Program-made: the position numbers and the translations under genes
Assembly (NCBI GenBank): GCA_964490645.1
Contig: CAZBCL010000013.1
Coordinates: forward strand, 182 to 64,181
Direction of reading: 5' to 3'
Origin: an uncultured Spirochaetia bacterium
Lineage (GTDB): Bacteria > Spirochaetota > JAHITG01 > CAZBCL01
DNA length: 64,000 nucleotides
Notes under the pieces: generated by a model
What the model was told of the DNA's origin: nothing
Database searches by the model: none
The model's input: the letters and a program-made list of their open reading frames with translations, nothing else
Shown: piece by piece, positions 50,963 through 61,650 of the stretch
How positions within the stretch are numbered: the stretch's first letter is position 1
How the letters are laid out: each line of letters begins with the position of its first letter

Positions 50963-52302
50963 TGTTCTTCCGGCTGTTGAATAAAACCATCTTTTTGCAG
51001 CATTTCAAAAAGCTTTCGTGAATGTTCAATGGTTTTTTTTGCATTTATATAAAGTTTATCATACGTCCACTGTATCCCGGCAACACCTTGCTCAATTGCT
51101 TTCATACCAACTGCTGCAGCTTCACGAGGAAAAACATCCCATTCATCCATCGAGGGAATAATATAATCAGGACGCAAGCCGTTTTCTTCTGCAATCTGTG
51201 CAAGCATAAATGATGCTTCAAGACACATTTCATCTGTTATTGTTGATGCACGCACATCAAGAGCCCCTCTGAATATTCCCGGGAAACAAAGGCTATTATT
51301 CACCTGATTCGGAAAATCACTTCTTCCGGTTGCTACAATCAACGCGCCATTGTCATGAGCATCCCACGGCCATATCTCCGGTACAGGATTAGCACATACA
51401 AATACAATAGCGTTATCCGCCATAGTTTTTATAAGAGTAGGATCAAGTGTCCCCGGACCCGATTGTGAAAGTGCTATTACTACATCTGCATCTTTTATCG
51501 CCTCAGCATTACCGCCACGCCGTTTCTCAGGATTTGTTTTTTGTGCTAATTCCCATTTCTCCTGATAATCCCCAATCATATCTTCACGTTCGGTTGTAAG
51601 TATACCCTCTGAATCGGTAATAATTAATTGTTCAGGCTGTACACCTGCCTGCATGAGTAAATGTGCAATCCGAATATTTGCAGCGCCCGCACCGATAAGC
51701 GTTACTCTGACATTTTGTATTTCTTTACCGGCAACCTTAAGTGCATTAATAAATCCGGCAACCGTTACCGCTGCGGTCCCCTGCTGATCATCATGCCAAA
51801 CAGGAATAGGCATTTCTTCACGAAGTCGTCGTAATATATAGAAGCATTTCGGGTTCGCAATATCTTCTAAATTAATACCGCCGAACGATGGCGCCAGCAG
51901 TTTAACGGTATTAATAAACTCATCAGGATCTTTTGTATCAAGGCATATCGCTGTTGCATCAACTCCACCCAGATATTTATAAATCAGCGCTTTGCCTTCC
52001 ATAACCGGCATTGCCGCTTTCGGACCGATATCACCAAGACCAAGCACTCGCGTTCCATCACTAATAATTGCAATATGATTTCCTTTATTGGTATAATCAT
52101 ATACTTTCTCAGGCTGTGATTCAATTTCTCTGCATGGTGCTGCAACACCGGGGGTATACCATAATGCAAAATCTTCGATAGAACGAACTGCACATCGGGG
52201 AATAGTTGCCATTTTTCCATTATAAAACTTATGCAATCGAAGTGAAATATCACCCCATTTATTTGCATTTTTTAATAATTCTTCCTGAGTAATCTTTTTC
52301 AT
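50959..52302 (-). CDS. NAD(P)-dependent malic enzyme (short form, no PTA domain)
   Basis: 447 aa. Malic-enzyme N-terminal domain ([30 protein letters not shown]) and a Rossmann GAGAA motif. Confidence 0.8.
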   Translation of the reverse strand: MKKITQEELLKNANKWGDISLRLHKFYNGKMATIPRCAVRSIEDFALWYTPGVAAPCREIESQPEKVYDYTNKGNHIAIISDGTRVLGLGDIGPKAAMPVMEGKALIYKYLGGVDATAICLDTKDPDEFINTVKLLAPSFGGINLEDIANPKCFYILRRLREEMPIPVWHDDQQGTAAVTVAGFINALKVAGKEIQNVRVTLIGAGAANIRIAHLLMQAGVQPEQLIITDSEGILTTEREDMIGDYQEKWELAQKTNPEKRRGGNAEAIKDADVVIALSQSGPGTLDPTLIKTMADNAIVFVCANPVPEIWPWDAHDNGALIVATGRSDFPNQVNNSLCFPGIFRGALDVRASTITDEMCLEASFMLAQIAEENGLRPDYIIPSMDEWDVFPREAAAVGMKAIEQGVAGIQWTYDKLYINAKKTIEHSRKLFEMLQKDGFIQQPEEQ

Positions 52303-52317
52303 TATCCTGCCTGTTAT

Positions 52318-53877
52318 TTAATCTTCTCGATAATGACAGCCGCGTGATATTCGATTCACCCATGCTGCTTGTGCAACCGCTAAACCGGTACGTAATGCAT
52401 TTCTTAATTCAATTAACCCGTTGGTTAATTTAGTATGACGGTAAAACTCTTCAATCTCTTCACTTAAATACCGTAAATCATTGATTGCCCGCTTTAAGCG
52501 TGATCGCGAACGAATTAATCCGACATAATTCCACATCGTACTTTTCAAGGTTATCCAATCCTGCCGTATTAGTGCAGGGTCGCTCTTTTTAGAAAGACCA
52601 CTGTCGTCCCATTGGGGAATACGCGGAATATCTATTCCTATCAATTCTTTCTTATTACGAATAATGCTTTTTGCGCTTCGCCAGCCCCATACTAACCCTT
52701 CAAGCAGTGAGGTACTGGCAAGACGATTTGCTCCATGTAAACCGGAACAAGCGCATTCTCCAATAGCATATAAACGTTGAATCGTCGTACGTCCATAATC
52801 ATCAATCTTGATCCCGCCGCAGGAAAAATGCATTGCCGGGACAACCGGTATATGCTGCTGCGTCATATCAATACCATGATCTGATACTGCAGTGTATATC
52901 ATAGGAAACCGCTTCTGTATAGTCTCAGTTGAAATATATCCTTTAACATCTATTAACACATAGGGACTGTTTGTACGCAGCATTTCAGCATGAATGGCAC
53001 GAGCGACAATATCGCGCGAAGCTAATGAACCGTCAGGATGATATTTTTTCATAAATAGTTTCCCTGAACGAGTTCGCAGGCGCGCCCCTTCACCGCGAAC
53101 TGCTTCACTGATAAGAAACCGTTGTTCATCATCAGTATACAACGTCGTTGGATGAAACTGCGTATATTCAAGATTAATGACCTTTGCACCTGCACGATAT
53201 GCCATCGCAATACCATCCCCTGTTGCACTGGATGGATTTGTGGTATGACGAAATAACGCTCCAATACCGCCGGTTGCAAGAATTGTTACCGCACCAAAAG
53301 CGCGATGTACTTTATGCGTTTTCAGATTTAACAGATACACCCCTAATGCTTCTGTTGTTTCATATACTGACTTTGGATTGTTACTGTGATGTTCCGGCGT
53401 GATAATATCAAGCGCCATATGCAGCGGCATAATGGTAATATTGTTATGCTTTCGCACCTCTGCGGCTAATGCGTGCGTAATTGCCTGTCCGGTATAATCC
53501 TGACAATGAATAATACGTTTACTCCGATGGGCTGCTTCACGAATACGATCAAGGCTATTTTTATTTTTTGTAAACGGAACCTTTGCTCTTTTTATGAGTA
53601 TATCATGAACTCTTTTTGGTCCATCCTCAACAAGAATCTCTACTGCTCTTCGTTTACAAATCCCCGCTCCTGCTTTAATAATGTCAGCAGCTAATGCGTG
53701 CGGAGAATCATGAAGCCCATTATATATTATCCCCCCTTGTGCATGGCGTGATGTACTATCTGAAAGAGTATTTCCTTTAAACACAATAATAACATTCAGC
53801 CCTGCATCTGCAACAGTGAGCGCTGCTGTCATTCCTGCAATACCGCTTCCAATTATTAATACATCAGTCTTTACCAT
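52318..53877 (-). CDS. nadB: L-aspartate oxidase (FAD-dependent; succinate dehydrogenase/fumarate reductase flavoprotein family)
   Basis: 519 aa. N-terminal FAD motif DVLIIGSGIAGMTAA and the SDH/FRD-flavoprotein core. The length fits NadB better than SdhA/FrdA. Confidence 0.6.
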   Translation of the reverse strand: MVKTDVLIIGSGIAGMTAALTVADAGLNVIIVFKGNTLSDSTSRHAQGGIIYNGLHDSPHALAADIIKAGAGICKRRAVEILVEDGPKRVHDILIKRAKVPFTKNKNSLDRIREAAHRSKRIIHCQDYTGQAITHALAAEVRKHNNITIMPLHMALDIITPEHHSNNPKSVYETTEALGVYLLNLKTHKVHRAFGAVTILATGGIGALFRHTTNPSSATGDGIAMAYRAGAKVINLEYTQFHPTTLYTDDEQRFLISEAVRGEGARLRTRSGKLFMKKYHPDGSLASRDIVARAIHAEMLRTNSPYVLIDVKGYISTETIQKRFPMIYTAVSDHGIDMTQQHIPVVPAMHFSCGGIKIDDYGRTTIQRLYAIGECACSGLHGANRLASTSLLEGLVWGWRSAKSIIRNKKELIGIDIPRIPQWDDSGLSKKSDPALIRQDWITLKSTMWNYVGLIRSRSRLKRAINDLRYLSEEIEEFYRHTKLTNGLIELRNALRTGLAVAQAAWVNRISRGCHYRED

Positions 53878-53933
53878 TACTTAGTGTTATAGTATTCTTA
53901 CTGTATATAGTCAATAACCATACACACGCCAGC

Positions 53934-54398
53934 ATGAAAGGAATTCACATGCCATCGCCTCGGACCCCGTTACTTACTGTCGATGCTATTATATCCGGCA
54001 AGGAGAGCCATGAGATTATACTGATTAAACGAAAATACCCGCCAATCGGATGGGCGCTGCCGGGAGGGTTTGTTGATATCGGCGAATCCGTTGAAACTGC
54101 AATAGCCCGGGAGGCGTATGAAGAGACCACGCTCATAATTAAATCCGTCTCTCTTTTTGGTGTATATTCTGATCCGAAGCGTGATTCACGATTTCATACT
54201 GTTTCAATAGTATTTACTGCTGAAACTGCGGGTATCCCGCATGGTAATGATGATGCTGCTCATGCAGCTTTTTTCAGGTTAGAAAAACTGCCGACACCAA
54301 TTGTTTTTGATCATCGACAAATTATTAATGATTATCGTGCTTATTTAACGGATGGTTTATCCGTACGAAACAAACGACTGAGTTTCAAATCACTTTGA
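53934..54398 (+). CDS. NUDIX hydrolase
   Basis: Nudix box GWALPGGFVDIGESVETAIAREAYEETTL. Confidence 0.75.
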   Translation: MKGIHMPSPRTPLLTVDAIISGKESHEIILIKRKYPPIGWALPGGFVDIGESVETAIAREAYEETTLIIKSVSLFGVYSDPKRDSRFHTVSIVFTAETAGIPHGNDDAAHAAFFRLEKLPTPIVFDHRQIINDYRAYLTDGLSVRNKRLSFKSL

Positions 54399-57274
54399 TT
54401 ACGCATTTGTATGTTAATTGCAACAACATGCTCAAAATACGGGACATTAATAAACTTACCGACAGTCATAAACTGACGGCTTAAAGAATATGAAGCGCGT
54501 AATTCCCAACAGCATAAATCTCGTATTAAACTGAAATTGACACTGCGTAACTTAAAATATGAATCCCGCTGTGCAACAGGATTAAACGGATTCAGTGAAT
54601 TTCCAAGATCAGTAAAAAAGTTTCTATATCCTTCCAGCACTGTACCATCATCACCATATATTATATATTTTTCTGCAAGCCGTTTATTGTAATAATACAA
54701 ACGTTCATTTTTCCCGTTCAAAGTAAGCTGCAGGCGTAATTTTTCCAGTGGAATATTAATACCGAATGAATAATCAAGGGTTTGTTTTCGTTCATTCCCA
54801 TAATCATGATACCATGACAACGTTGATCTGAACGGCGTCCAATTTTTATCAATTAATTGTGTAATATAACGTGGAGACCATGTATTATTCATTTGCAACG
54901 TATTATTGATTGATCCGATATGCTCTAATCGTCCGTTTGTTTGTTCATAAAAAGTAAAATTATAAACATAGGTATCATTCAATCGTACTGAAAATATATT
55001 TGATGCAGATACTAACGCATACGATGACCGCAGGGTCAGCGGGCTCAATCGGTCTAATGTCGGTTTAATACGCCGTCGATATTCTTGAACGGTTTCATGA
55101 TCATTTTTAATTAATGAATCTATTCGCTCATTGATCTTTGTCAGTAAATTCATACTAATATCAGCATTAGCGGTGAAATGAGCGAAATCCATCATATATC
55201 GTGCCCCCACATTATGTGAACGTCGTCGTCCATATTCATCAAATGCCGTTGATGGTTGTGTTTTCCAACTCATATCATGCGATAGGGTTACATTGACTGC
55301 TTTAATGCCGATTCGGTACCGATCCCCAAATCCGTAATAGGTATATGACTGACGACGATAATTTTCATTCTCCCGTTTCATCCTTTGATAATCACTGTTA
55401 CGCCCCCATTTAGCAGTATCCCCTAAATATCCGTTCATTGAAGTTGAAAACCATTTTATTTTTTTAAAGGGGATACTCCGAGATGTAGTCGCTTTAATAT
55501 CACGTTGTGTCGTACTGCGATTCAGTTTTCCGTTATCCTGCATATCATAATAATCATTATGGGTCATTGTTGCGTATACGGAATATCCTATATTTGCTGC
55601 AAACGGGTCATTTAATGTTTTAATGACTTGTTTCATGTTTGTTGTATACTGTATGTTGGTGTTAATCATTCCTGCATTACTACTGTTTGCAGTATTCGTT
55701 ACGTATATCGCATTAGTCGAAATAATCGGTATGTAATTAGTGCTATATCGTTTCTGCACCGGATCAATTGTTCCTGAAAGAGTATAGCGTATTCGCGGCA
55801 TTGTTGTACTGCCGAGCACATATCGTTCTTCCGGAGTATACCATTGATAATTCCATCGTGTTGTAATGTTTAAACTTGAACGTCCGCGTGTATCATTTAA
55901 TGAAACATACCAGTTCGGATCGTGCGTCCGATAATAATCATGGGCTCCTCCGGTCCTGCGTAAATCTTTAAAATCAAACCCGGGCTTGGTATGTCGATAG
56001 GTCTCAAAATGCTGTAAATACGAAACATCACTCATTCTGAAAACATTCCATTGAATGCTTGCATGAGAAGATTCTTCCGCCTCACGTATCGGTGCGCGTC
56101 CGCTGAATGCTGCTTTCCATTGATAAGGGAATCCACGATGTACAATACGATATGCATACCCGTCAGGGCGGTATTTATTTCTATCGCTGCTGAGAATTCT
56201 TTTTTCATCCGCTATCGATAATTCAGTAAATAACTGCCCATCAAGTCCTCTTCGGTGATAATCAAATCCGAAGTATTCCCCTAATCGCTGATACCAGTCA
56301 AACTTATATATCATCGCATTTTCTTTACCCGTTACCCGTGCAATACGATCACGATATTTTTGTGTATACCGTAACGGTAGGATATAGGTATTTTGTGCAA
56401 AAAAACCTTCATGACTACTGCGCCCCCAGTATGTACTGATACCGGTCCCCCATTTTGTTGAATAGAAAAATGGAGTATAAAACACCCGTACTTGCCCTAT
56501 ACGATACCACGCTGATAAAACAATAAGCCGTTCATCAGGATAACTCCATACTCTCCCTGCTTCAATCGTCGAATACGGATCATCCGGGTCTTCACAATCA
56601 CAGGGGATAAATCGTGCGCCATTCGCACTGAAACTATCATTCGAAAAAACGGTTACTTTTCGTGCACGAATGCTCTCACCATTCTCCCGTTCATATAATA
56701 CGTCATAAAACACACCTCTTTGTTCTTCGGGGTGAAATACTAATTTTTCACAGGTAATATATTCAGCATCAACACGTTTGAATACACGAACATTGCCATA
56801 TGCAACTAATACATCAAGTTCAGAATTGTATTCAACAGTATCTGCACGAATTATCATATCTTCATATTCTAAATCACAATTCCCGTATAATCGCATAATG
56901 CGATAATTATTTGTCTTAAAACTCAACGCTTCATCAGCATGATAGACAACCAATGCTCCCGGTCCCGGCTGTACGGGAAGGTCTGGACGTTCCGGTTCGA
57001 TATGAACCGAATCTGACTCCACATTCTTAAGAATATTTGTCCAATAATTATCCCAGAGAGTTTTATCAATAGTAACCCGCAGAAAAATATTTGTATTTGA
57101 TTGTTGCGCAATAATAGAGCGCATTGCCGGTAATAACTCTTCAAGATCACGAACAGGGATATTTGTAGATATGGTAACAATATCCGCTGCTTGTACAGCA
57201 CTCCCCAGAACGGATATACATCCGATAATACAAAGTATTAATGCACCATATGTTGTAATAAATCGTTTATACAT
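54341..57274 (-). CDS. LptD/OstA-like large outer-membrane beta-barrel protein (putative LPS-assembly protein)
   Basis: 977 aa with a signal peptide. The N-terminal OstA-like beta-jellyroll has repeated GNV blocks (LYGNCDLEYEDMIIRADTVEYNSELDVLVAYGNVRVFK). The long C-terminal region is rich in amphipathic beta-strands and aromatics. Confidence 0.5.
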   Translation of the reverse strand: MYKRFITTYGALILCIIGCISVLGSAVQAADIVTISTNIPVRDLEELLPAMRSIIAQQSNTNIFLRVTIDKTLWDNYWTNILKNVESDSVHIEPERPDLPVQPGPGALVVYHADEALSFKTNNYRIMRLYGNCDLEYEDMIIRADTVEYNSELDVLVAYGNVRVFKRVDAEYITCEKLVFHPEEQRGVFYDVLYERENGESIRARKVTVFSNDSFSANGARFIPCDCEDPDDPYSTIEAGRVWSYPDERLIVLSAWYRIGQVRVFYTPFFYSTKWGTGISTYWGRSSHEGFFAQNTYILPLRYTQKYRDRIARVTGKENAMIYKFDWYQRLGEYFGFDYHRRGLDGQLFTELSIADEKRILSSDRNKYRPDGYAYRIVHRGFPYQWKAAFSGRAPIREAEESSHASIQWNVFRMSDVSYLQHFETYRHTKPGFDFKDLRRTGGAHDYYRTHDPNWYVSLNDTRGRSSLNITTRWNYQWYTPEERYVLGSTTMPRIRYTLSGTIDPVQKRYSTNYIPIISTNAIYVTNTANSSNAGMINTNIQYTTNMKQVIKTLNDPFAANIGYSVYATMTHNDYYDMQDNGKLNRSTTQRDIKATTSRSIPFKKIKWFSTSMNGYLGDTAKWGRNSDYQRMKRENENYRRQSYTYYGFGDRYRIGIKAVNVTLSHDMSWKTQPSTAFDEYGRRRSHNVGARYMMDFAHFTANADISMNLLTKINERIDSLIKNDHETVQEYRRRIKPTLDRLSPLTLRSSYALVSASNIFSVRLNDTYVYNFTFYEQTNGRLEHIGSINNTLQMNNTWSPRYITQLIDKNWTPFRSTLSWYHDYGNERKQTLDYSFGINIPLEKLRLQLTLNGKNERLYYYNKRLAEKYIIYGDDGTVLEGYRNFFTDLGNSLNPFNPVAQRDSYFKLRSVNFSLIRDLCCWELRASYSLSRQFMTVGKFINVPYFEHVVAINIQMRNQSDLKLSRLFRTDKPSVK

Positions 57275-57296
57275 TATTATATCGTTTTATGATATA

Positions 57297-57890
57297 TCAT
57301 CCTGCCGCCGCAATAATAACCGCTGCTAATGATAAAACAACTGCGGATAGTGAAAGATAAAATGATGATTTTTGCCGCATCTCCTTATTTTGTTCTTCGT
57401 GAATATCAGTATGATCGATATCTTCAACTGATTCTTTTTCATAGGTATCATAGTGCCCTGCAGCATTATTGCGGGATTCAATTTGTGATACCCGATTATT
57501 TAAATCCGTCAATTCTTTTTCAAATTCCTGAATAATTGACTGAATAAGTTCAACATCCTGTTCGGCAAGATTACTGTTCTTTAAAATTGTATCAGCATTT
57601 ATTGAACCATCTGCTTGCGTTGCCCCTGTTTCAGCTTCAATCTGATGAATCGCACGGAGTAATGCTACGGCGAATTCATATCGTGTAAGGGCTTGTTCCC
57701 CTTTAAACTCACGCACGGTCCCTCTTCCGTACCCTTCAAGTATATTCCGTTCTGCTAATTCATATACCGATTCTTCCGCCCAATGATTTTTTTTAACATC
57801 TTTATACTTAACCGGTACTGCATATACCGCTGCACTCATACAGTAAAAAATGCATATAGTAATAATAATGACCGCTTTTCGTTGTATCAT
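57297..57890 (-). CDS. SLH-domain protein with coiled coil and C-terminal TM anchor
   Basis: Signal peptide. An S-layer-homology-like segment (HWAEESVYELAERNILEGYGRGTVREFKGEQALTRYEFAVALLRA), a coiled coil, and a hydrophobic C-terminal helix. It is 22 nt upstream of, and co-oriented with, the LptD-like gene. Confidence 0.55.
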   Translation of the reverse strand: MIQRKAVIIITICIFYCMSAAVYAVPVKYKDVKKNHWAEESVYELAERNILEGYGRGTVREFKGEQALTRYEFAVALLRAIHQIEAETGATQADGSINADTILKNSNLAEQDVELIQSIIQEFEKELTDLNNRVSQIESRNNAAGHYDTYEKESVEDIDHTDIHEEQNKEMRQKSSFYLSLSAVVLSLAAVIIAAAG

Positions 57891-58009
57891 ACGTCCCCTC
57901 CTTCAGGGACTTACTTTTTATCATATATTTCAATGAAAATGTAGTATTTTTTTTAATCCTGTAATACGTTCGAGCGGTAATAATTGCTTCTCCTATCAGT
58001 AAATTAGAC

Positions 58010-58038
58010 TTGCACGTAAAAATAAAATATTATATAGT
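58010..58038 (+). promoter_or_regulatory. Candidate sigma-70 promoter for tRNA-Leu: TTGCAC, 17-nt spacer, TATAGT
   Basis: -35 at 58010-58015 and -10 at 58033-58038, about 43 nt upstream of the tRNA 5' end. Confidence 0.4.
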
Positions 58039-58080
58039 GCCTGTGTTTATCAGAAGTATTCATTATATAAGTTTAATACT

Positions 58081-58165
58081 GCCCGGATGGTGAAATTGGT
58101 AGACACGCCAGGTTCAGGACCTGGTGGGCATTGCGCCTGTGGGGGTTCGAGTCCCTTTCCGGGCA
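58081..58165 (+). tRNA. tRNA-Leu (anticodon CAG), type II
   Basis: Acceptor GCCCGGA/TCCGGGC, anticodon stem CCAGG/CCTGG with loop TTCAGGA, long variable arm, and a T-arm GGTTCGAGTCC. Confidence 0.85.
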
Positions 58166-58285
58166 TAGATAATTGTTTTTTTTGCTAATAATTGATGGAT
58201 CGATATTGCTTGTTTTTGTGTATTATTTTTTATCTTCAATTAAAATAAATCTTTGCAGAGCCGTTCTTTCTGATATCATAGCACT

Positions 58286-59209
58286 ATGACTACCATATCA
58301 CCATTTCATTCTCATACTTCTCATATTCCGGATTCCCATACACCATCTACGAAACAGCACAATTTCCCTTCACCTATCATAGGATTACTGATTGTTGCCG
58401 CTGTATTAATACTGCAAAGAATTTTCACTTTTATCCTCCTGCAGATATTTGCTGATACTATGACTACAACACAGCCATATACCGGTTTAATTACACTTAT
58501 AAGTTATGCTGCGTATATCCCATTATTATGTATTCCCTTATTTATGAAAACATCATTACGAAACTTATTTTCAATTCGTCCATTTCACCCGAAACTTATT
58601 CTCCCGCTTATCCTCTTCGCTCCGGCATTAATTATATTCGTCAATAATCTTGAATTGCTTATGGCGGTATTTATTAAACGTGAACCATACTTCTTACATA
58701 CTCTGACAACTATTTTTTCCGGCACGAGCATACAACAACTGATTATGTTTATGACTGCAACGATATTTATTGCGCCACTTTGTGAAGAATTATTATTTCG
58801 CGGATTATTAATAGGCAATTGGAAAAAACGAATGTCTCCCATGCTTGCCATCATACTCGTAAGTGTACTCTTTACGGCACTGCATGCATGGCCGCAAGCA
58901 TCAGCATTAGTGAGCATACTGCTTATTTCTTTCGTGTTTGGATACCTGACCGTAAAGACAAACTCCATCCTGCCTTCACTGTTCCTGCATATTCTTACAA
59001 ATGCGGCAGCAATCATTTCGGGGTTATTGGCATACCACTACCATCTTATTGATACGTATTTTTCAACAGATATTACACTGCATGATATTTCTTGGAGCAG
59101 TCTTATTTTATCAGGATTATTTACTATCGGTTTATTTTTATATCTTGCACGCGTTATTGACGAGAATAGATATAATACTGATTATACTACTTCAACCATG
59201 AATCACTAA
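58286..59209 (+). CDS. CPBP-family intramembrane metalloprotease (CAAX protease / Abi domain)
   Basis: Multi-TM protein carrying the EExxxR motif (CEELLFRGLL), FxxxH (FTALHAW) and a second His (LHILTNAAA). Confidence 0.75.
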   Translation: MTTISPFHSHTSHIPDSHTPSTKQHNFPSPIIGLLIVAAVLILQRIFTFILLQIFADTMTTTQPYTGLITLISYAAYIPLLCIPLFMKTSLRNLFSIRPFHPKLILPLILFAPALIIFVNNLELLMAVFIKREPYFLHTLTTIFSGTSIQQLIMFMTATIFIAPLCEELLFRGLLIGNWKKRMSPMLAIILVSVLFTALHAWPQASALVSILLISFVFGYLTVKTNSILPSLFLHILTNAAAIISGLLAYHYHLIDTYFSTDITLHDISWSSLILSGLFTIGLFLYLARVIDENRYNTDYTTSTMNH

Positions 59210-59618
59210 TATTATTTTTAATCATATATTCACGGAGTGCATCTAATCTATCAACCGTATTCTTACTGATAACATGTTCCATACGGCACGCTTCTTCTTC
59301 AGCTTTTGTTGTATCAATTTTTAATATTGCGCTAAGAAATGAAAATATTTTTTCATGACGGCAGACAATACGCTGAGCAAGTTTGCTCCCTTTTTCCGTT
59401 AATTCAATGTATCCGTACAATTCCTGATGAATAAGTTCATTGCGTGCCAGTAATTTCATCGCTGCATTCACTGAGGGCATGCGGACATTTAATTTTTGTG
59501 AAATTTCTTTAACCCGAACGACTTTTTGTTTTTTTGAAAGAGAATATATAGCCTCCAGATAATCCTCACTACTTTCACTTAATATCTGAGAAATTGTTGA
59601 ACGTTTGCCTCGTGCCAT
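59187..59618 (-). CDS. DtxR/MntR-family metal-dependent transcriptional repressor
   Basis: 143 aa. SEDYLEAIY is the signature start of DtxR/MntR-family regulators. wHTH plus a dimerisation/metal-binding domain. Confidence 0.75.
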   Translation of the reverse strand: MARGKRSTISQILSESSEDYLEAIYSLSKKQKVVRVKEISQKLNVRMPSVNAAMKLLARNELIHQELYGYIELTEKGSKLAQRIVCRHEKIFSFLSAILKIDTTKAEEEACRMEHVISKNTVDRLDALREYMIKNNISDSWLK

Positions 59619-59644
59619 AATGACTCCTTATACTCATTCAGGTT

Positions 59645-59663
59645 GTACAATATACCATTGTAC
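59645..59663. promoter_or_regulatory. Perfect 7-5-7 inverted repeat GTACAAT-ATACC-ATTGTAC: candidate operator for the adjacent DtxR/MntR-family regulator
   Basis: Lies in the 235-bp divergent region between the regulator gene and the Maf/DUF115 gene, about 27 nt upstream of the regulator start. Confidence 0.3.
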
Positions 59664-59853
59664 TAACAATAGTATGCATATCTTATTATATAATGTCAAG
59701 TACAAGCACTTTTATTTAATTGCAACCGCTGCATCATGATATCATCAGTTTATATTATGCAACAATAGTGATGTAATGAAAAATGCCATTGATATCTATC
59801 TGCAGATGAGTGGTATTTTATTATTTAACTTTTTGTAAAAATGATTATACTCA

Positions 59854-61632
59854 GTGTGTATGACTATTAATAAAGAAAACCTAATCTATATTCAAGCGCT
59901 GCAACCATCATTATACCGTCAGATACAAACCACCCCCTTTCCCGACACGGCAACCCTTTCGAAGACAAAAAACGGTATGCTCACTGCTGACATTGATAAT
60001 TATACACTGCATAGTACCTATAATCCGATTGCAGAAGCTCAAAAACGCATTGCAGCCGCTTTCTCGCCGGATATAACAATTGCCATTGTATTTAACCCCG
60101 GATTGGGATATTGCGTTGATGCTCTCATTAATCAAAACCCGGCATTATTGGTTATGTGCATTGAACCGGATATTAAACGGCTTGCATTTGGTCTTTCCGC
60201 GCGAAGGTGGGATTCACTGCAGGCAAATCATCAAATCTTCTTTTTTTACCAAGACACCATTGATAGCATTCCCGTATTCATTGAATATCAAAATGAAATA
60301 CATGCATTTAAATACATGCATCATGGCTTTTTCACCGGAAGCGGTATTACTGATAAACAATTACAGTATAATGAAACAATAAAAAAAACTCTTTGTGAAC
60401 CGGCATTTAGGGATGTTCGAAGTAATGCGCTTACCGTTGATACTTTTGCCGGTCTCTGGACGCGTAATACTATTCTTAATCTGACACAATCCCATAACTC
60501 GCTGAATGAATTATTACGCTGCGCATGGAATGTACCTGCTTGTCTGATTGGTGCAGGTCCCGCATTAAACCATACACTGCCGGCATTACGGAATGCACAA
60601 CATAAAATGCTGTTAGTAACTGTCGATACCGCATTGCCGGCATTACATGCTGCCGGTATTATCCCGCATATTATTGTCTCGGTTGACGCACAGCTTGCAA
60701 ACTATCGTGATTTTTATTTCTGTCGCTCACGGGGCAGTCGCCTTGTTGTTGATATTACCGCTCATCCGTTTATCGCCCGATATTCGGGTATGCCCTCTTA
60801 CTTCTTTTATACTACTCGATTATATACAACCCCATCTGATACTGTCAAAGAATTGCCTTTACCGTCAAGTACACCGGCGCGTACAGTGCATACACATTTA
60901 GGTTCATTGCAGTCAGGCGGCACAGTGGCATCAAGTGCCCTTGATTTACTGATACAATTAAATATAAAAAAAATATTTCTCATCGGTAATGATTTAAGCT
61001 ACCCTCATCTTCAAACGCATGCCATTAATACAGCCGCTGATATATTGTATCGTACTACCGCTTGCCGATTTGCTCCGTATACAACACTTCCATACCGTGC
61101 TCTCCGTCCACGATTCATCAGATCAGGAAAACAGCATATAGCTGATTCTGTTCCCACTGATTATATTTTCTTAAAATACGCCCGTTGGTTTAAGCATGCT
61201 CTTGCAACAGCAGATATTGAACCCTATTCTGTTGCATGCCCATCATCAGAAATTATGGGAATCAATGCTATTTCAATATCATCATTTGAACATATCCTTA
61301 GTAATCTTCATGATACAGATATTTTCTCACTTTTCCCGGCTGTTACAAAAAGACCTGCCATAATAAAACAGGCAACTCATTTCCTGCAACAACTGCAAAC
61401 CAAGTATACCCGACTTGAAACATCCCTGACGACTCCGGAAAAAGTATTACCGTTAATACAGAATGATCACCCGGCATTGGCATACGAACTTTCCCCGCTT
61501 CTTTCATCATTACATTATGATCTTCAGAACCCCCAACGCCGCGCTCGTATCATTCAGCGTCTGCAATCTTCAGTTAAATTATATAAACAGGCATCATTCA
61601 TCGCTGAACGTATCCTTGACTTTGAAGACTAA
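59854..61632 (+). CDS. Motility-associated-factor (Maf) family / DUF115 (MptE-like) protein, putative glycosyltransferase
   Basis: 592 aa, typical Maf size. Central block CLIGAGPALN...LLVTVDTALPALHAAGIIPHIIVSVDAQ matches the MptE-like (DUF115) core pattern. Confidence 0.55.
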   Translation: MCMTINKENLIYIQALQPSLYRQIQTTPFPDTATLSKTKNGMLTADIDNYTLHSTYNPIAEAQKRIAAAFSPDITIAIVFNPGLGYCVDALINQNPALLVMCIEPDIKRLAFGLSARRWDSLQANHQIFFFYQDTIDSIPVFIEYQNEIHAFKYMHHGFFTGSGITDKQLQYNETIKKTLCEPAFRDVRSNALTVDTFAGLWTRNTILNLTQSHNSLNELLRCAWNVPACLIGAGPALNHTLPALRNAQHKMLLVTVDTALPALHAAGIIPHIIVSVDAQLANYRDFYFCRSRGSRLVVDITAHPFIARYSGMPSYFFYTTRLYTTPSDTVKELPLPSSTPARTVHTHLGSLQSGGTVASSALDLLIQLNIKKIFLIGNDLSYPHLQTHAINTAADILYRTTACRFAPYTTLPYRALRPRFIRSGKQHIADSVPTDYIFLKYARWFKHALATADIEPYSVACPSSEIMGINAISISSFEHILSNLHDTDIFSLFPAVTKRPAIIKQATHFLQQLQTKYTRLETSLTTPEKVLPLIQNDHPALAYELSPLLSSLHYDLQNPQRRARIIQRLQSSVKLYKQASFIAERILDFED

Positions 61633-61650
61633 ACTCATTACAGTGCCGGT

